64,000 nucleotides of DNA from Cryomorphaceae bacterium (GCA_024639785.1 JAHEGI010000021.1:69857-133856); one strand, 5' to 3'; shown: positions 49,789 to 59,285, counted from the stretch's first letter. The notes: generated by a model not told the origin, from the letters alone. Translations and numbers: made by a program.

Positions 49789-52704
49789 ATGGTAAAACGG
49801 ATGTGGCCCTTGATGGTGGCCTTGCTTTCTTTTGGCTGGGGACCAGCGGAATACACCGAATCAAACCCCTTCAAATCTCGGAATTACGGCGATTGGATCA
49901 CCTCGGCGACGGTGGAAGATTTGGCCGGTCAGATGATCATGGTGGCCGGCTACAGTCGCCAAGGGGAGAGCCACCTGCAACAGCTCGCTGCATGGGCGGA
50001 AGCAGGTCAAATCGGCGGCATCATTTGGATGCAAGGCGGCCCCGGACGTCAGCTTCATGCCATTGAGCGCACGCAATCGGCGGCCATGCGAGGAACGGGT
50101 CTACCCTTGCTCAATGCGCAGGATGCCGAATGGGGTGCGTCCATGCGCCTGGATTCCCTGGAGCGCCTGCCCTGGCCGCTGACACTGGGGGCCACGCGGG
50201 ACTCTGATTTGGCGCGGGCCTATGGCAAATCCCTGGGTCAAGAATCGCGTGCCCTGGGCATCCATGTAAACTTTAGCCCCGTCGTAGATGTCAATACCAA
50301 CCCCGCGAATCCCATCATCGGGCAGCGCTCCCTTGGTTCTGATGTGGACCAAGTCAACCAAATGGCACGCAACGAACTCTGGGGGCTACAAAGCCAAGGG
50401 GTTATGGCCTGTGCCAAGCATTTCCCGGGTCATGGCGATACTGACAGCGACAGCCACAAAACGCTCCCCACACTGAATCATTCCCTGGAGACGCTGCGAA
50501 GCCGTGAAATGCGGCCCTTTGAAAACGCCATTCATTCAGGTGTGGGGGCTATCATGGTGGCCCACCTAAACATTCCAGCATTAGATCCGAGCGGAACCCC
50601 CGCTTCCATTTCTAAACCTATCGTGACCTACTGGCTTCGGGATTCCTTGGGCTTTCAGGGTTTGATCTTTACCGATGCCCTGAATATGAAGGGCCTAGCG
50701 CAGGATTTGACCCCCGGAGAAATTGAAATTCAAGCCATCGAGGCCGGCAACGATGTGTTGCTCTTTGTGGCTGATCCCAAGGCGGCGGTCAAGGCTATTG
50801 CGCGGGCAGTGGAAAGCGGCCGCCTGACTCGGACCCAGTTGGAAGAGCACGTAGGCCGCATTCTGGAGGCGAAAGCCAAATACATCCCTGAAAACGGAGC
50901 GATTCCTTCTTCAAGCGAAGTAGCATTACCTGAACGCAAAGCACTCAACGCCTCCATTTATTCCGCGGCCGCCACCTTGGTCTACGATCCCGATTCCATG
51001 GTTTCAAGAACGTCGGGTAGCTCCGTGGTCGAAGACGTCGTCTTCATGGTGCCCATCGGGGAGGGGCAGGCAGACGCCGCGCGCCTCCCAGGTATGGACA
51101 AACTAGCGGAAGTCGATGCCTTCCTCGCTTCCTACCGACCCGGACAAGACGGTTGTACGAAACCCCGCGTTTGGATTTTCCATACCGCTTCTTCCGCCAA
51201 TCCCTGGAAATCTGCCAAGCTCCCAAGTGCCCTACTCTCCCAAGCCAAGGCCTGGAAAGCCAAAGGCGCAGAAGTGGGTTTGGTGCACCTAGGGAATCCC
51301 TATGGATTGCGCAGCCTCGCGGAGGGGGGAGCCTTGACGAGCGCCGAGGTTCTAAAAACCTTTAGCGCACTCATTCTAGGCTACGAGCATGTTCCTGATG
51401 CTATCCGATCCATTCAAGGAGCTTTGGAGTCCTTCGATCCAAGGTTGCTTCCAGGACGCATCCCGGTTTCGGGCCTAAATTTTAACCCAGCCTTGCCGTT
51501 GACCACGATGGGGGAGGCGGGCTTCCAGACCGACCTCATCAAAAACATCGATGCCATCGTAGAAATGGGCTTGCGCGAGGGCGCCTATCCAGGCTGTCAG
51601 GTTTTTCTGATGCGCCACGGCAAGGTGGTGCTCAATGGGGTATGGGGCACGCTCGATGGGATCCACAACGTGGAGCCGAGTGACCGATACGACTTGGCGA
51701 GTGTAACGAAGATCCTGGCCTCCGTCCCCTTGATTATGGACTATACGGAGGGCATGGGCGGTACGGCGTCCTTTTTAGGGACCCCTCTGTCGGAATTTCT
51801 TCCAGAGATGGCGGCCTCCCCGGTGGGGGACTTGGAGATGGGCGACATCTTGTCCCATCAATCCGGTTTGCCTGCCTGGATCCCCTTTTACCAATCCTAT
51901 TTGTGGAAGGATGGGAATTTGGACAACCGCTACTTCCGGACGACGAAAAGTGAATCCTTCCCCAATCAGGTGGCCATCGGCGTATTTAGCCGAGCGGATT
52001 TGCGCGATTCGGTCCTAACGCGCATCGGCACAACCGCCCTTGGCCCTAAGAAGTACAAGTACAGCGACTTGGGCTATTACTTGCACCAGCGCTGGCTGGA
52101 GCGTCATTACGGTGCGGCCTTAGACGAGGTGTTGGAATCCCATTGGTACGGCCCCATGGGCCTGTCCTTGGCCTACAATCCACTGCAAAAGGCCCAATCT
52201 GAGGCAGAAATCCTCCACATAGCCCCGACCGAGAACGACCAAATCTTCCGCCGCCAACAGCTTCGGGGAACCGTTCACGATCAAGGCGCTGCGCTCCTCG
52301 GCGGAGTCGCGGGCCATGCCGGGTTGTTTGGCAGTGCGCACGACGTGGCCTCCATGATGCAGTTGTTTTTACAAGGCGGTCGTTGGAACGGTTACCAATA
52401 CCTCGAGCCAGAGACGATTAACGCCTTTTCGGCCTGCTATGCCTGCGACGAGGGCAATCGCCGCGGTATTGGTTTTGACCGGCCACAAACGTCTGGACCC
52501 GGGCCGACCTGTGGCTGCGTCAGCCCCTTGAGCTTTGGACACACCGGATTTACCGGTACTTTTGCCTGGGCAGACCCCGAAACAGGCACCGTGCTTGTTT
52601 TTGTTTCCAACCGAGTGTACCCTAATGCAAACAACCCTCTCCTTAGCAAGCTCGATATCCGAACCCGTATTCAAGAAGCGGTTCAAGTGGCTCTACTCGA
52701 TTAG
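49789..52704 (+). CDS. Fusion protein: GH3 beta-N-acetylhexosaminidase (NagZ-like) N-terminal half plus serine hydrolase/beta-lactamase-fold C-terminal half
   Basis: Start taken at the ATG at 49789, which gives a signal-like N-terminus MVKRMWPLMVALLSFGWG. It has the GH3 motif KHFPGHGDTDSDSHK and, in the C-terminal half, the SxxK motif ASVTKILAS. Confidence 0.8.
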   Translation: MVKRMWPLMVALLSFGWGPAEYTESNPFKSRNYGDWITSATVEDLAGQMIMVAGYSRQGESHLQQLAAWAEAGQIGGIIWMQGGPGRQLHAIERTQSAAMRGTGLPLLNAQDAEWGASMRLDSLERLPWPLTLGATRDSDLARAYGKSLGQESRALGIHVNFSPVVDVNTNPANPIIGQRSLGSDVDQVNQMARNELWGLQSQGVMACAKHFPGHGDTDSDSHKTLPTLNHSLETLRSREMRPFENAIHSGVGAIMVAHLNIPALDPSGTPASISKPIVTYWLRDSLGFQGLIFTDALNMKGLAQDLTPGEIEIQAIEAGNDVLLFVADPKAAVKAIARAVESGRLTRTQLEEHVGRILEAKAKYIPENGAIPSSSEVALPERKALNASIYSAAATLVYDPDSMVSRTSGSSVVEDVVFMVPIGEGQADAARLPGMDKLAEVDAFLASYRPGQDGCTKPRVWIFHTASSANPWKSAKLPSALLSQAKAWKAKGAEVGLVHLGNPYGLRSLAEGGALTSAEVLKTFSALILGYEHVPDAIRSIQGALESFDPRLLPGRIPVSGLNFNPALPLTTMGEAGFQTDLIKNIDAIVEMGLREGAYPGCQVFLMRHGKVVLNGVWGTLDGIHNVEPSDRYDLASVTKILASVPLIMDYTEGMGGTASFLGTPLSEFLPEMAASPVGDLEMGDILSHQSGLPAWIPFYQSYLWKDGNLDNRYFRTTKSESFPNQVAIGVFSRADLRDSVLTRIGTTALGPKKYKYSDLGYYLHQRWLERHYGAALDEVLESHWYGPMGLSLAYNPLQKAQSEAEILHIAPTENDQIFRRQQLRGTVHDQGAALLGGVAGHAGLFGSAHDVASMMQLFLQGGRWNGYQYLEPETINAFSACYACDEGNRRGIGFDRPQTSGPGPTCGCVSPLSFGHTGFTGTFAWADPETGTVLVFVSNRVYPNANNPLLSKLDIRTRIQEAVQVALLD

Positions 52705-53215
52705 TCTCTTGCTTTTGACGGCTTCAATGCAAGCCCAGGTTCAGCAAGCAGCGATTGGTTGGGTGACAGATTCTGCCTACGTCAGCTATTTTGGCAATGG
52801 TAAGCCGCGTACGATCTCCCATTTTAAGGACGGACTGGTTCAGGGCCCCCTTTGGGAATTTCATGCTTCCGGCCAAGTGTTGATTTATAATGAATGGCTC
52901 GAAGGGCAGAAGCACGGAGAGGAGAAAGAATTTGATCAGATTGGTCGCTTAGTTCATGTGACGAATTGGCGCTACGGCCGACTTCACGGGGAAGAGCGGA
53001 CCTATTATGTCACCAGTGTCATTCAGAGTCGCATTCCATGGGTGAACAATCAAAAGCATGGCACCGCCCTTTGGTACCATGACAATGGAAAAGTTGCGGT
53101 TGAATTTCCTTACGTTCAAGGGGAAATCCATGGCGAGGCTACCTACTATACGGACCAAGGCGAGGTGGAGAAAACCTTGACCTATCGCCACAATCAAGTC
53201 ATCGAGCCCAAATGA
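52625..53215 (+). CDS. MORN-variant repeat protein (YwqK-antitoxin-like family), secreted
   Basis: It has repeats of G.(.)HG..(.)(.)Y type (GQKHGEEKEF, GRLHGEERTYY, NQKHGTALWY, GEIHGEATYY) and a signal-like KKRFKWLYSISLLLLTASMQA. The start is uncertain, because the only upstream ATG overlaps the previous gene by 80 nt. Confidence 0.6.
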   Translation: MQTTLSLASSISEPVFKKRFKWLYSISLLLLTASMQAQVQQAAIGWVTDSAYVSYFGNGKPRTISHFKDGLVQGPLWEFHASGQVLIYNEWLEGQKHGEEKEFDQIGRLVHVTNWRYGRLHGEERTYYVTSVIQSRIPWVNNQKHGTALWYHDNGKVAVEFPYVQGEIHGEATYYTDQGEVEKTLTYRHNQVIEPK

Positions 53216-54336
53216 GAATTGGGGTAGTGTGCCATCCAACGTTTGGTGGTTCTGGGGTGATGGCCACGGAATTGGCGAACCACCTGGGTCGTCAAGGTCA
53301 CGAAATGCATGTCATATCCTATGCGCAGCCTGTTCGTTTAGATCCATTTAACACGCAAGTTCACTTCCACGAAGTTCAAGTGCAGGACTATCCGCTTTTT
53401 CTGTACCAGCCTTATGAGTTAGCTCTGTCCTCGGCGATGGTGGAAACGGTCCGAAAAGAACGCCTGGATATTCTCCACGTGCATTATGCGATTCCCCATG
53501 CGTATGCGGCATTCATGGCGAGACAGATTTTGGCGGATCAAGGGATTCACATCCCTGTGGTGACAACCTTACACGGGACCGACATTACCCTCGTGGGTCA
53601 ACTCCCAGCGTACAAGCCTGCCGTGTGCTTTTCGATTAATCATTCTTCGGCGGTCACAGCGGTCTCTGAGAGTTTGCGTCAAGAGACCATCCAGCAGTTC
53701 AATATCGTTCGCGACATTACAGTAGTCCCCAACTTTGTGGATATGAAACGCTATGGCCGGGGTGATGCCGCCGCCCGCCTGCGAATTGCCCAACCAGATG
53801 AAGCCATCCTTTGCCATGTGAGCAATTTTAGGAAGGTCAAACGGGTATTGGATGTTATTTCCATTTTTGCCGAGGTTCACCAAACCCGTGCCTCCAAAAT
53901 GGTCATGGTCGGTGATGGACCAGAGCGTCCAGCTGCAGAGGCTCTAGCTATCCAGCTTGGAGTGCAGGATGAAGTGCTTTTTCTAGGTAAGACCTCGGAT
54001 GTGGAGCGCATTCTAGGCATCTCAGATTTGTTTCTGCTGCCTTCCGAAACGGAAAGTTTTGGTTTAGCTGCCCTAGAAGCTATGGCTTCGGGGGTTCCTG
54101 TGATTGCATCGCGTGCGGGCGGACTTCCCGAGGTCGTGGACCATGGGCGCAATGGCTATCTTGAACCGGTCGGGGATATTCATGCCATGGCTGAGCGCGC
54201 CAAGTATATTCTTTCGAATGCATCGACCCATGCGATGTTTTCGAATCAAGCCCTCGAAGCTGCACAGAAATTTTCCATGGAGCATATTGGTCAAACCTAT
54301 CTAAACCTTTACCAACAGCTGATCGATGGGAAGTAA
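53212..54336 (+). CDS. bshA: GT4 glycosyltransferase, N-acetyl-alpha-D-glucosaminyl L-malate synthase (BshA)-like
   Basis: 374 aa. MRIGVVCHPTFGGSGVMATELANHLGRQGHEMHVISY resembles the BshA N-terminus, and an E(x7)E-type C-terminal motif region is present. Confidence 0.65.
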   Translation: MRIGVVCHPTFGGSGVMATELANHLGRQGHEMHVISYAQPVRLDPFNTQVHFHEVQVQDYPLFLYQPYELALSSAMVETVRKERLDILHVHYAIPHAYAAFMARQILADQGIHIPVVTTLHGTDITLVGQLPAYKPAVCFSINHSSAVTAVSESLRQETIQQFNIVRDITVVPNFVDMKRYGRGDAAARLRIAQPDEAILCHVSNFRKVKRVLDVISIFAEVHQTRASKMVMVGDGPERPAAEALAIQLGVQDEVLFLGKTSDVERILGISDLFLLPSETESFGLAALEAMASGVPVIASRAGGLPEVVDHGRNGYLEPVGDIHAMAERAKYILSNASTHAMFSNQALEAAQKFSMEHIGQTYLNLYQQLIDGK

Positions 54337-54721
54337 GCGTAAAGATGCGAGCCATTCAGGCCCGGAGGAGCAAGTAAATCCTTTTGCAGCGGCCTTGGCG
54401 TCGGCCCTAGGGGTCGAGGCGCCTTTGGGCCCGGGTATTTCGGTGCTTCAAGAAGAGGAGGGAGTCGCGGTACAGGGCGGAAAGCAGGCCTATTTGCGCT
54501 TTGAAAAGAAGGGGCGGAATGGTAAGATGGCTACCCTCATTGAATTTGCGGGAATAAATTTTAGTGATCTCACGGACCTATCCAAACAGTTAAAACAACA
54601 ACTTGGTGTTGGGGGAAGTGTGGATGAATCCGGCTTTGTCTTGCTTCAAGGGGATGTCCGAAACAAAGTGGAAAAAATCCTTCAAAATGAAGGATGGAAA
54701 ACAAAACGCATTGGCGGATGA
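54326..54721 (+). CDS. yciH: SUI1/eIF1-family translation initiation factor (YciH-like)
   Basis: The C-terminal ~85 aa (GRNGKMATLIEF..LKQQLGVGGSV..LLQGDVRNKVEKIL) match the SUI1 fold family. Confidence 0.75.
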   Translation: MGSKRKDASHSGPEEQVNPFAAALASALGVEAPLGPGISVLQEEEGVAVQGGKQAYLRFEKKGRNGKMATLIEFAGINFSDLTDLSKQLKQQLGVGGSVDESGFVLLQGDVRNKVEKILQNEGWKTKRIGG

Positions 54722-55500
54722 CCCTAGTGATTGAAAGCCTTCAGAATGCCAAAGTAAAGCAAGTGCTTCGCTGGCGCGAAAAGTCTTCTGCTCGTCGGAA
54801 AGATGGTATTTTCCTCGTGGAAGGTGCTCGGGAGGTTCAACGCGCCTTAAAATCCGGTTGGATTCTCAAAGAATGCTACACACGCGTAGATGTGGAGTTT
54901 GCGGAATCCGGGATGCGAATGCGCGCATTGGCGTGTAGTGATGAGGTCTTTGAAAAAATGGTCCTTCGTCAGCGAGGAGTGGATGTGCTGGGGATTTTTG
55001 AAATCCAACTTAAGACCCTGGAGGAGATTACCCTCGGAGAAAATCCCATGATTCTTGTGCTCGACGGGATCGAAAAACCGGGAAACGTAGGAGCGATTTT
55101 GCGAACGGCTAATGCGGCTGGAGTCGATCTTGTGCTCGCCTCGTCGTTGCATTGTGACCTGTATTCCCCCGAAGTCATTCGGAACAGTCTTGGGGGTTTT
55201 TTTGATTTGGACATCGTGGATCTTGATCGTCATGAAATTCAACGTTGGCTCGCAGATCACAGGATCCCAGTCCTACAGATGCATTTGTCGGCCGACCAGA
55301 GTCCCTATGAAATGGATTTGAAAAGTGGATTTGCGGTCGTTTTTGGATCGGAAGATCGAGGCCTCGATGGCTCTTGGAATATGCTTAAGGGGGGCCGTAT
55401 GAAACTTCCGATGCAAGGCGTTGTGGACTCATTGAATGTGTCTGTCAGTGCAGGAGTTCTTCTTTATGAGGCTGTGAGGCAGCGAATAGCCCGAAGGTAA
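54718..55500 (+). CDS. TrmH/SpoU-family RNA 2'-O-methyltransferase
   Basis: The ATG at 54718 forms an ATGA overlap with the upstream stop. SpoU motifs are present (GNVGAILRTANAAG, VVFGSEDRGL, SLNVSVSAG). Confidence 0.85.
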   Translation: MTLVIESLQNAKVKQVLRWREKSSARRKDGIFLVEGAREVQRALKSGWILKECYTRVDVEFAESGMRMRALACSDEVFEKMVLRQRGVDVLGIFEIQLKTLEEITLGENPMILVLDGIEKPGNVGAILRTANAAGVDLVLASSLHCDLYSPEVIRNSLGGFFDLDIVDLDRHEIQRWLADHRIPVLQMHLSADQSPYEMDLKSGFAVVFGSEDRGLDGSWNMLKGGRMKLPMQGVVDSLNVSVSAGVLLYEAVRQRIARR

Positions 55501-55630
55501 AATGGAAAGGCCCAAGCTTGCGCCCGGGCCTCACACCAAACCAATAACCTAAGCTAGACGCTCAGATTGTGTCAAAAGTACAGCCTTAACATTTTTTGAA
55601 CAAGATTTTTACGAAAAAAATCTAAAATAA

Positions 55631-58384
55631 TTAGTCAGTTCGTGTTAAAAAGGGGGCAGTGATAGATTTATCACTGGAGATAATCCCATTTGAAACTCCT
55701 TGGTATACAATTTGTCCTCCGTCGCTTCCTCCGCCTGGACCCATTTCAATGATCCAATCAGATTGTGAGATCACATCGGTTTGGTGCTCAATAACTAGAA
55801 TGCTGTGGCCCATATCGAGCAGGGCATCAAAAGCCCAAAGTAGTTTTTGAACGTCGTCAAAATGGAGTCCCGTGGTGGGTTCGTCAAACACAAAAAACAC
55901 CGGATCTGCCCCTTGGCCTTTGGAAAGAAACGAGGCGAGTTTGACCCGCTGACCTTCTCCTCCAGAGAGGGTGCTGCTCGATTGGCCAAGTTGAATGTAT
56001 CCCAAGCCGACGTCAAGTAAGGGTTGAAGTTTTTTAGCAATTTTCTCTTGCTGAATATCCCTGAAAAAGGCATGCGCCTCATCCACGGTCATGCGGAGGA
56101 TGTCTGAGATGTTTTTGCTGTGTACTTCAACTTCGAGCACATCATCCTGGAAACGTTTGCCATGGCACTGCTCACACTGCAAATGAACATCGGCCATGAA
56201 TTGCATCTCTACCGTGACAAATCCGTCTCCTTTGCACACGTCACAACGTCCACCATCCGTGTTGAATGAAAAGTGCTTGGCGCTGAACCCACGCAATTGC
56301 GCATTCTTTTGCTGAGCGAAGAGTGCGCGAATGTCGTCGTAGGCCTTGAGGTAGGTGACCGGGTTAGATCGCGAGGATTTGCCAATAGGGTTTTGATCGA
56401 CTACCTCCACGGCGCGAATAGCGCGAAGGTCTCCAGTGAGATCGTCATAATATCCTCCGCGGCCGGAGTACTCCCCCAAGTATTTCTGCAAAGCAGGTAC
56501 GAGCACATGGCGAATCAGGGTGGTCTTGCCGCTTCCGCTGACCCCGCATACGGTGGTAAAGCGCTGCAAAGGGATGTCAATGTCCACGGACTGAACATTT
56601 TGGGCACGAGCCCCCCGCAAGTGAATCCACTTGGTCGATTCCATGGAACGGGCGTCACGCTGGATGCGTTTTTTGCCGGTTAGATAGTCAGAAGTGAGGG
56701 TTTTGGCCGCGCGAACATCTCCTCCTGGGCCAACAAAGACAATTTCGCCGCCATGCCGACCGGCTCCTGGGCCGATGTCTATCAGCGTATCTGCGGCATG
56801 CATGAAAATAGCATCGTGCTCGACCACCACCACGGTATTTCCCTGATTTCTTAGTGATAGCAAGACCTGTAAGAGGTCATCGGCATCTTTGGCATGCAGG
56901 CCAATGCTCGGCTCATCTAAAATGTAAAGCGAGCCCACCAAGCTGGATCCAAGGCTCGTCGCGAGATGAATACGTTGGGATTCGCCGCCACTCAAGGTGC
57001 CTGCGGGGCGATTTAAGCTCAGGTAATGGAGGCCCACGCGTTCTAGGACTTCTAAGCGTTTCCGGATCTCAGTGAGCAAGCGCTCGGCGATCTTCCCTTC
57101 GCTACCCGTCAATTCGAGGGCATCAAACCAAGCGCGTGCTTCGCGGATGGACCAGGATGAAATCTCGCCAATGTGCACACCTTCGATCTTTACATAGCGC
57201 GCTTCTTTGCGCAAGCGCTGACCGCCACAATCATGACACATGGTTTTGCCCCGATAGCGGGCTTGGAGAACACGGTACTGAATTTTATAGGCTTTACTTT
57301 CTACATAGGTGAAAAAAGCATCGATTCCCTCAAAATGGTCGCATCCGCCCCAAAGTAGATGCTGCTGCTCGGGGGTGAGCTTAGCGACCGGCGTATGAAT
57401 GGGCAAGCCAGCGGCCTCAGCGCCTCGAATTAACTGATCTTTCCATTCGGAAAGGCGCTCCCCCTTCCAAGGTGCAATGGCATCTTCAAAAATGCTGAGT
57501 TGTGGATTGGGGATGACTAGCTCCGGATCTACACCCAAGACGGAGCCGAACCCTTCACACGTGGGACATGCGCCTTGCGGGGTGTTGAATGAAAAGAAAG
57601 CAGGCGTTGGCTCCTCAAACAAAATTTCTCCATCGGAGAAGTTATTGGAGAAAATTTGACGGTCGGTTTGATCCCATTGCAGGATACACGTTCCGAGACC
57701 CTCAAAAAAGGCGGTTTGAATGGAATCCGCCGCACGGATATCTCCATCTTCATCTCGATCGCCCCCGCTCAGACGGTCCACCACGAGTTCAAACGTCTTC
57801 ACCGTTTCTGGGCAGTCATCTATGCGGCAAATCTGCCCATCCGGCAGAATAATGCGCGCATAGCCCTGCTGAGAGAGTAATTGGCACATTTCCTTTGCAC
57901 TTCGGTCTTTGAAGTCCAAAGGCGCAACTATGAGGACACGTTCTTCGGCGCTGCGCGCGGAGAGGGCTTCAAGCACATCAGCCACCTGATGCCTCCGTAC
58001 CTCTTGTCCTGAACTCGGTGAATAGGTCTTTCCCACCCGGGCAAAAAGAACTTTTAAGTAGTCATGCACTTCCGTGACGGTGCCAACTGTGGACCGGGGA
58101 TTTCGAGAAATAACTTTCTGTTGGATGGCAATGGCAGGGGCCAAGCCTTTGATGTCATCCACTTCAGGTTTATCCAGTTTGCCCATGAATTGGCGGGCGT
58201 AGGAGGAGAGGGACTCCACATAACGTCTTTGTCCTTCGGCATAGAGCGTGTCAAATGCCAGGGAGGATTTGCCACTTCCGCTCACCCCCGTAATCACTAC
58301 GAGATGCCCGTGTGGAAAGGCAACCGTAAGGTTTTTAAGGTTGTTGACGCGTGCGCCTTCGATGCGGAGTTCGGACTGTGACAT
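55631..58384 (-). CDS. UvrA paralogue (second excinuclease ABC subunit A-family protein)
   Basis: 917 aa; GVSGSGKSSLAFDTLYAEGQRRY, two ABC modules and the C-terminal zinc finger CDVCKG..CEQCHGKRF. The central domain is diverged and lacks the first Cys pair of the middle Zn module. Confidence 0.88.
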   Translation of the reverse strand: MSQSELRIEGARVNNLKNLTVAFPHGHLVVITGVSGSGKSSLAFDTLYAEGQRRYVESLSSYARQFMGKLDKPEVDDIKGLAPAIAIQQKVISRNPRSTVGTVTEVHDYLKVLFARVGKTYSPSSGQEVRRHQVADVLEALSARSAEERVLIVAPLDFKDRSAKEMCQLLSQQGYARIILPDGQICRIDDCPETVKTFELVVDRLSGGDRDEDGDIRAADSIQTAFFEGLGTCILQWDQTDRQIFSNNFSDGEILFEEPTPAFFSFNTPQGACPTCEGFGSVLGVDPELVIPNPQLSIFEDAIAPWKGERLSEWKDQLIRGAEAAGLPIHTPVAKLTPEQQHLLWGGCDHFEGIDAFFTYVESKAYKIQYRVLQARYRGKTMCHDCGGQRLRKEARYVKIEGVHIGEISSWSIREARAWFDALELTGSEGKIAERLLTEIRKRLEVLERVGLHYLSLNRPAGTLSGGESQRIHLATSLGSSLVGSLYILDEPSIGLHAKDADDLLQVLLSLRNQGNTVVVVEHDAIFMHAADTLIDIGPGAGRHGGEIVFVGPGGDVRAAKTLTSDYLTGKKRIQRDARSMESTKWIHLRGARAQNVQSVDIDIPLQRFTTVCGVSGSGKTTLIRHVLVPALQKYLGEYSGRGGYYDDLTGDLRAIRAVEVVDQNPIGKSSRSNPVTYLKAYDDIRALFAQQKNAQLRGFSAKHFSFNTDGGRCDVCKGDGFVTVEMQFMADVHLQCEQCHGKRFQDDVLEVEVHSKNISDILRMTVDEAHAFFRDIQQEKIAKKLQPLLDVGLGYIQLGQSSSTLSGGEGQRVKLASFLSKGQGADPVFFVFDEPTTGLHFDDVQKLLWAFDALLDMGHSILVIEHQTDVISQSDWIIEMGPGGGSDGGQIVYQGVSNGIISSDKSITAPFLTRTD

Positions 58385-58397
58385 AAATGGGAAAACG

Positions 58398-58405
58398 CAA
58401 AAATA
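58398..58405 (-). promoter_or_regulatory. Candidate -7 box TATTTTTG for the UvrA paralogue
   Basis: Exact TAnnTTTG on the minus strand, 13 nt upstream of the ATG at 58384. Confidence 0.4.
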
Positions 58406-58503
58406 CCCTTTGTAGTTGGGGGAAAAATGCTAGATTCGTGAATAATTCCAAAAAAAAGGCGCCTATTGTAAAAATCCTTACGCAATTCAAAACATGTTGG
58501 ACT

Positions 58504-59073
58504 ATGTCAGCCGTAAGGATTTCGGATGCCGAATTGGTATCCAAGTATGTGCAAGGTCAAGAGGCCGCGTTAGAACGTTTAGTTCTGCGTCATTCCGAAG
58601 CGTTAATCGCACGAATTTTTTCTAAAGTCAATGATGCGGATGTCAGTCAAGACATTCACCAAGAAACGTGGATCAAATTTGTCCGGGTCGTCAAACAAGG
58701 GGACTACAAGGAAGAGGGAAAATTTGCTCCATTCATCCACCGCGTAGCCCACAACTTGGCGATGGACCATCTGCGCAAAAAGAAGCGCAGCCGAGAGCTT
58801 TCCGTCGAGCGGTGTGGTGATCGTGTTTTGGCCGTTGCTGATGACCGAATGAACGCGGAAGAACTCGCCCTGCGCACCCAGTGGCACAAGGAGGTCAAAC
58901 AGGCGATTGAACTCCTCCCAGACGACCAAAAAGAAGTCATTTTCTTGCGAATCTACGCGGGATTGAGCTTTAAAGAAATTGCCGAAGAGACGGGCGTTGG
59001 AATCAACACCGCGCTAGGTCGAAATCGGTATGCCTTAGGAAACTTGCGCAAAATTTTAGGGGTAGAGATCTGA
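58504..59073 (+). CDS. ECF-type RNA polymerase sigma-70 factor
   Basis: Start taken at the ATG at 58504 (MSAVRISDAELVSKY). Region 2 is DIHQETWIKFV and region 4 is LPDDQKEVIFLRIYAGLSFKEIAEETGV. Confidence 0.85.
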   Translation: MSAVRISDAELVSKYVQGQEAALERLVLRHSEALIARIFSKVNDADVSQDIHQETWIKFVRVVKQGDYKEEGKFAPFIHRVAHNLAMDHLRKKKRSRELSVERCGDRVLAVADDRMNAEELALRTQWHKEVKQAIELLPDDQKEVIFLRIYAGLSFKEIAEETGVGINTALGRNRYALGNLRKILGVEI

Positions 59074-59134
59074 TCCGAGATACGAAGGTTTTTTTTTGGG
59101 CGTTATACGGTGAAATACCTCACTATTATCGCCT

Positions 59135-59284
59135 ATGTCTGATCATACTCCTGACTACGCGGCAGCCAAGGCCGCACCCACCTTGGATCCACGCGCCCTA
59201 AAGTTCATACTCGACTATTCCAGAGCACTCTATGCCCATCGTTCAGAGACGCTGGGACTTACGGTACTCTTACCCAATAATTGA
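59135..59284 (+). CDS. Candidate 49-aa ORF downstream of the ECF sigma factor (hypothetical)
   Basis: Hand-translated as MSDHTPDYAAAKAAPTLDPRALKFILDYSRALYAHRSETLGLTVLLPNN. It has no TM segment and fills the otherwise empty 212-nt gap. Coding status is unproven. Confidence 0.25.
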   Translation: MSDHTPDYAAAKAAPTLDPRALKFILDYSRALYAHRSETLGLTVLLPNN

Positions 59285-59285
59285 A

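Noticed and set aside
52625-53215. A YwqK-like 'antitoxin' as part of a toxin-antitoxin or polymorphic toxin system
   Set aside because: No adjacent toxin (YwqJ-like deaminase or nuclease) is present, and the neighbours are a peptidoglycan-type hydrolase and bshA. MORN-variant repeat proteins of this kind are common stand-alone secreted proteins in Bacteroidota.
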